This document shows positions 63,155-64,000 of a stretch of DNA of 64,000 nt, in pieces. The stretch's first letter is position 1, and every line of letters begins with the position of its first letter. Origin of the DNA: Octopus sinensis (lineage: Eukaryota). The notes beneath the pieces are model-generated. The model had not been told where the DNA came from. It searched no databases and saw only the letters and a list, made by a program, of their open reading frames with translations. The stretch spans positions 18,290,001 through 18,354,000 of the forward strand of contig NC_043013.1 of NCBI RefSeq assembly GCF_006345805.1. The letters are read 5' to 3'. Both the position numbers and the translations under genes were made by a program.

Positions 63155-64000
63155 CTAGTCTTGCCGGGTCTTCTCACGCACAGCATACTTCCATAGGTCT
63201 CGGTCTCTAGACATTTCCTTAGTGAGACCTAAAGTTCGAAGGTCGTGCTTCACCACCTCGTCCCAGGTTTTCCTGGGTCTACCTCTTCCACAGGTTCCCT
63301 CAACTGCTAGGGTGTAGCACTTTTGCACACAACTATCTTCAGCCTTTCTCGTCACATGACCATTCCAGTGCAGCCGTCTCTCTTGCACACCACAACTGAC
63401 GCTTCTTAGGTTCAACTTTTCTCTCAAGGAACTTACACTCTGACGATTATGAACACTGACATTACACATCCATCGGAGCATACTGGCTTCATTTCTTGCG
63501 AGCTTACGCATATCCTCAGCAGTCACGGCCCATGTTTCACTACCATGTAGCATGGCTGTACGTACACATGCATCATACAGTCTGCCTTTTACTCTGAGCG
63601 AGAGGCCTTTTGTCACCAGCAGGGGTAAGAGCTCTCTAAACTTTGCCCAGGCTATTCTTACTCTAGCAGTTACACTTTCAGCACACCCACCCCCGCTACT
63701 GACTTGGTCTCCTAGGTAGCGGAAGCTATCAACTACTTCTAGTTTGTCTCCCTGGAACGTGGCAGAAGTTGGTCTCTGCACATTTCCAGTGTTTATTGCT
63801 CCTGAGCATTTGCCACAGACAAAAACTATTTTCCTAGTTAGCCTTCCTTTGACATTGCTGCACCTCTTATGTGTCCATAGCTTACACTTGGTGCATCTTA
63901 TAGAGTTTCTACCTACACCTTTTTTACAGATCGAGCAGGGCCATCTACCTGAAGGCGTTTGTGATTGATCTACCTTCCTACTTATTAGGACTTTGGTTTT
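63155..64000 (-). CDS. RTE-clade LINE pol C-terminal part (RT end, PHD-like finger, C-terminal domain); continues beyond window
   Basis: 282 codons open from the window edge: KTKVL...VVDSFRYLG...LYDACVRTAMLHGSETW...HWNGHV...GRGRPRKTW...KTRQD*. Confidence 0.95.
   Translation of the reverse strand, partial: KTKVLISRKVDQSQTPSGRWPCSICKKGVGRNSIRCTKCKLWTHKRCSNVKGRLTRKIVFVCGKCSGAINTGNVQRPTSATFQGDKLEVVDSFRYLGDQVSSGGGCAESVTARVRIAWAKFRELLPLLVTKGLSLRVKGRLYDACVRTAMLHGSETWAVTAEDMRKLARNEASMLRWMCNVSVHNRQSVSSLREKLNLRSVSCGVQERRLHWNGHVTRKAEDSCVQKCYTLAVEGTCGRGRPRKTWDEVVKHDLRTLGLTKEMSRDRDLWKYAVREKTRQD

Noticed and set aside
61898-63186. Repeated 64-146 aa ORFs in the tandem array
   Set aside because: They lie in LINE 3'UTR repeats, occur on both strands and show no domain signal.

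Overview
AT-rich, microsatellite-dense animal genomic DNA. The repeat inventory looks like an octopus/coleoid genome (inference from composition and repeat types, not from a search). The window is mostly intronic or intergenic and is dominated by mobile DNA: several tRNA-headed SINE families, many (GAT)n-tailed 3' fragments of an RTE LINE, three RTE pol segments, mariner and Tc1 remnants, a hAT element, Helitron fragments and MITEs. Nearly all ORFs in the supplied track are microsatellite or repeat artefacts. No host gene can be named; the best candidate is an ATG-bearing exon at 33281-33400 (-). Main findings: (i) several type-I hammerhead-ribozyme (HHR) motifs with palindromic helix III, the form known from Penelope-like elements, one with an intact core at 46465-46564; (ii) a TSD-flanked element at 45264-45813 with a tRNA-like Pol III head between two inverted HHR-bearing arms; (iii) a young RTE with a PHD-type finger inside its RT region and a six-fold tandem 3'UTR; (iv) a near-perfect ~550-bp palindrome at 14801-15350. 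All structures were read by eye; many element ends are approximate.
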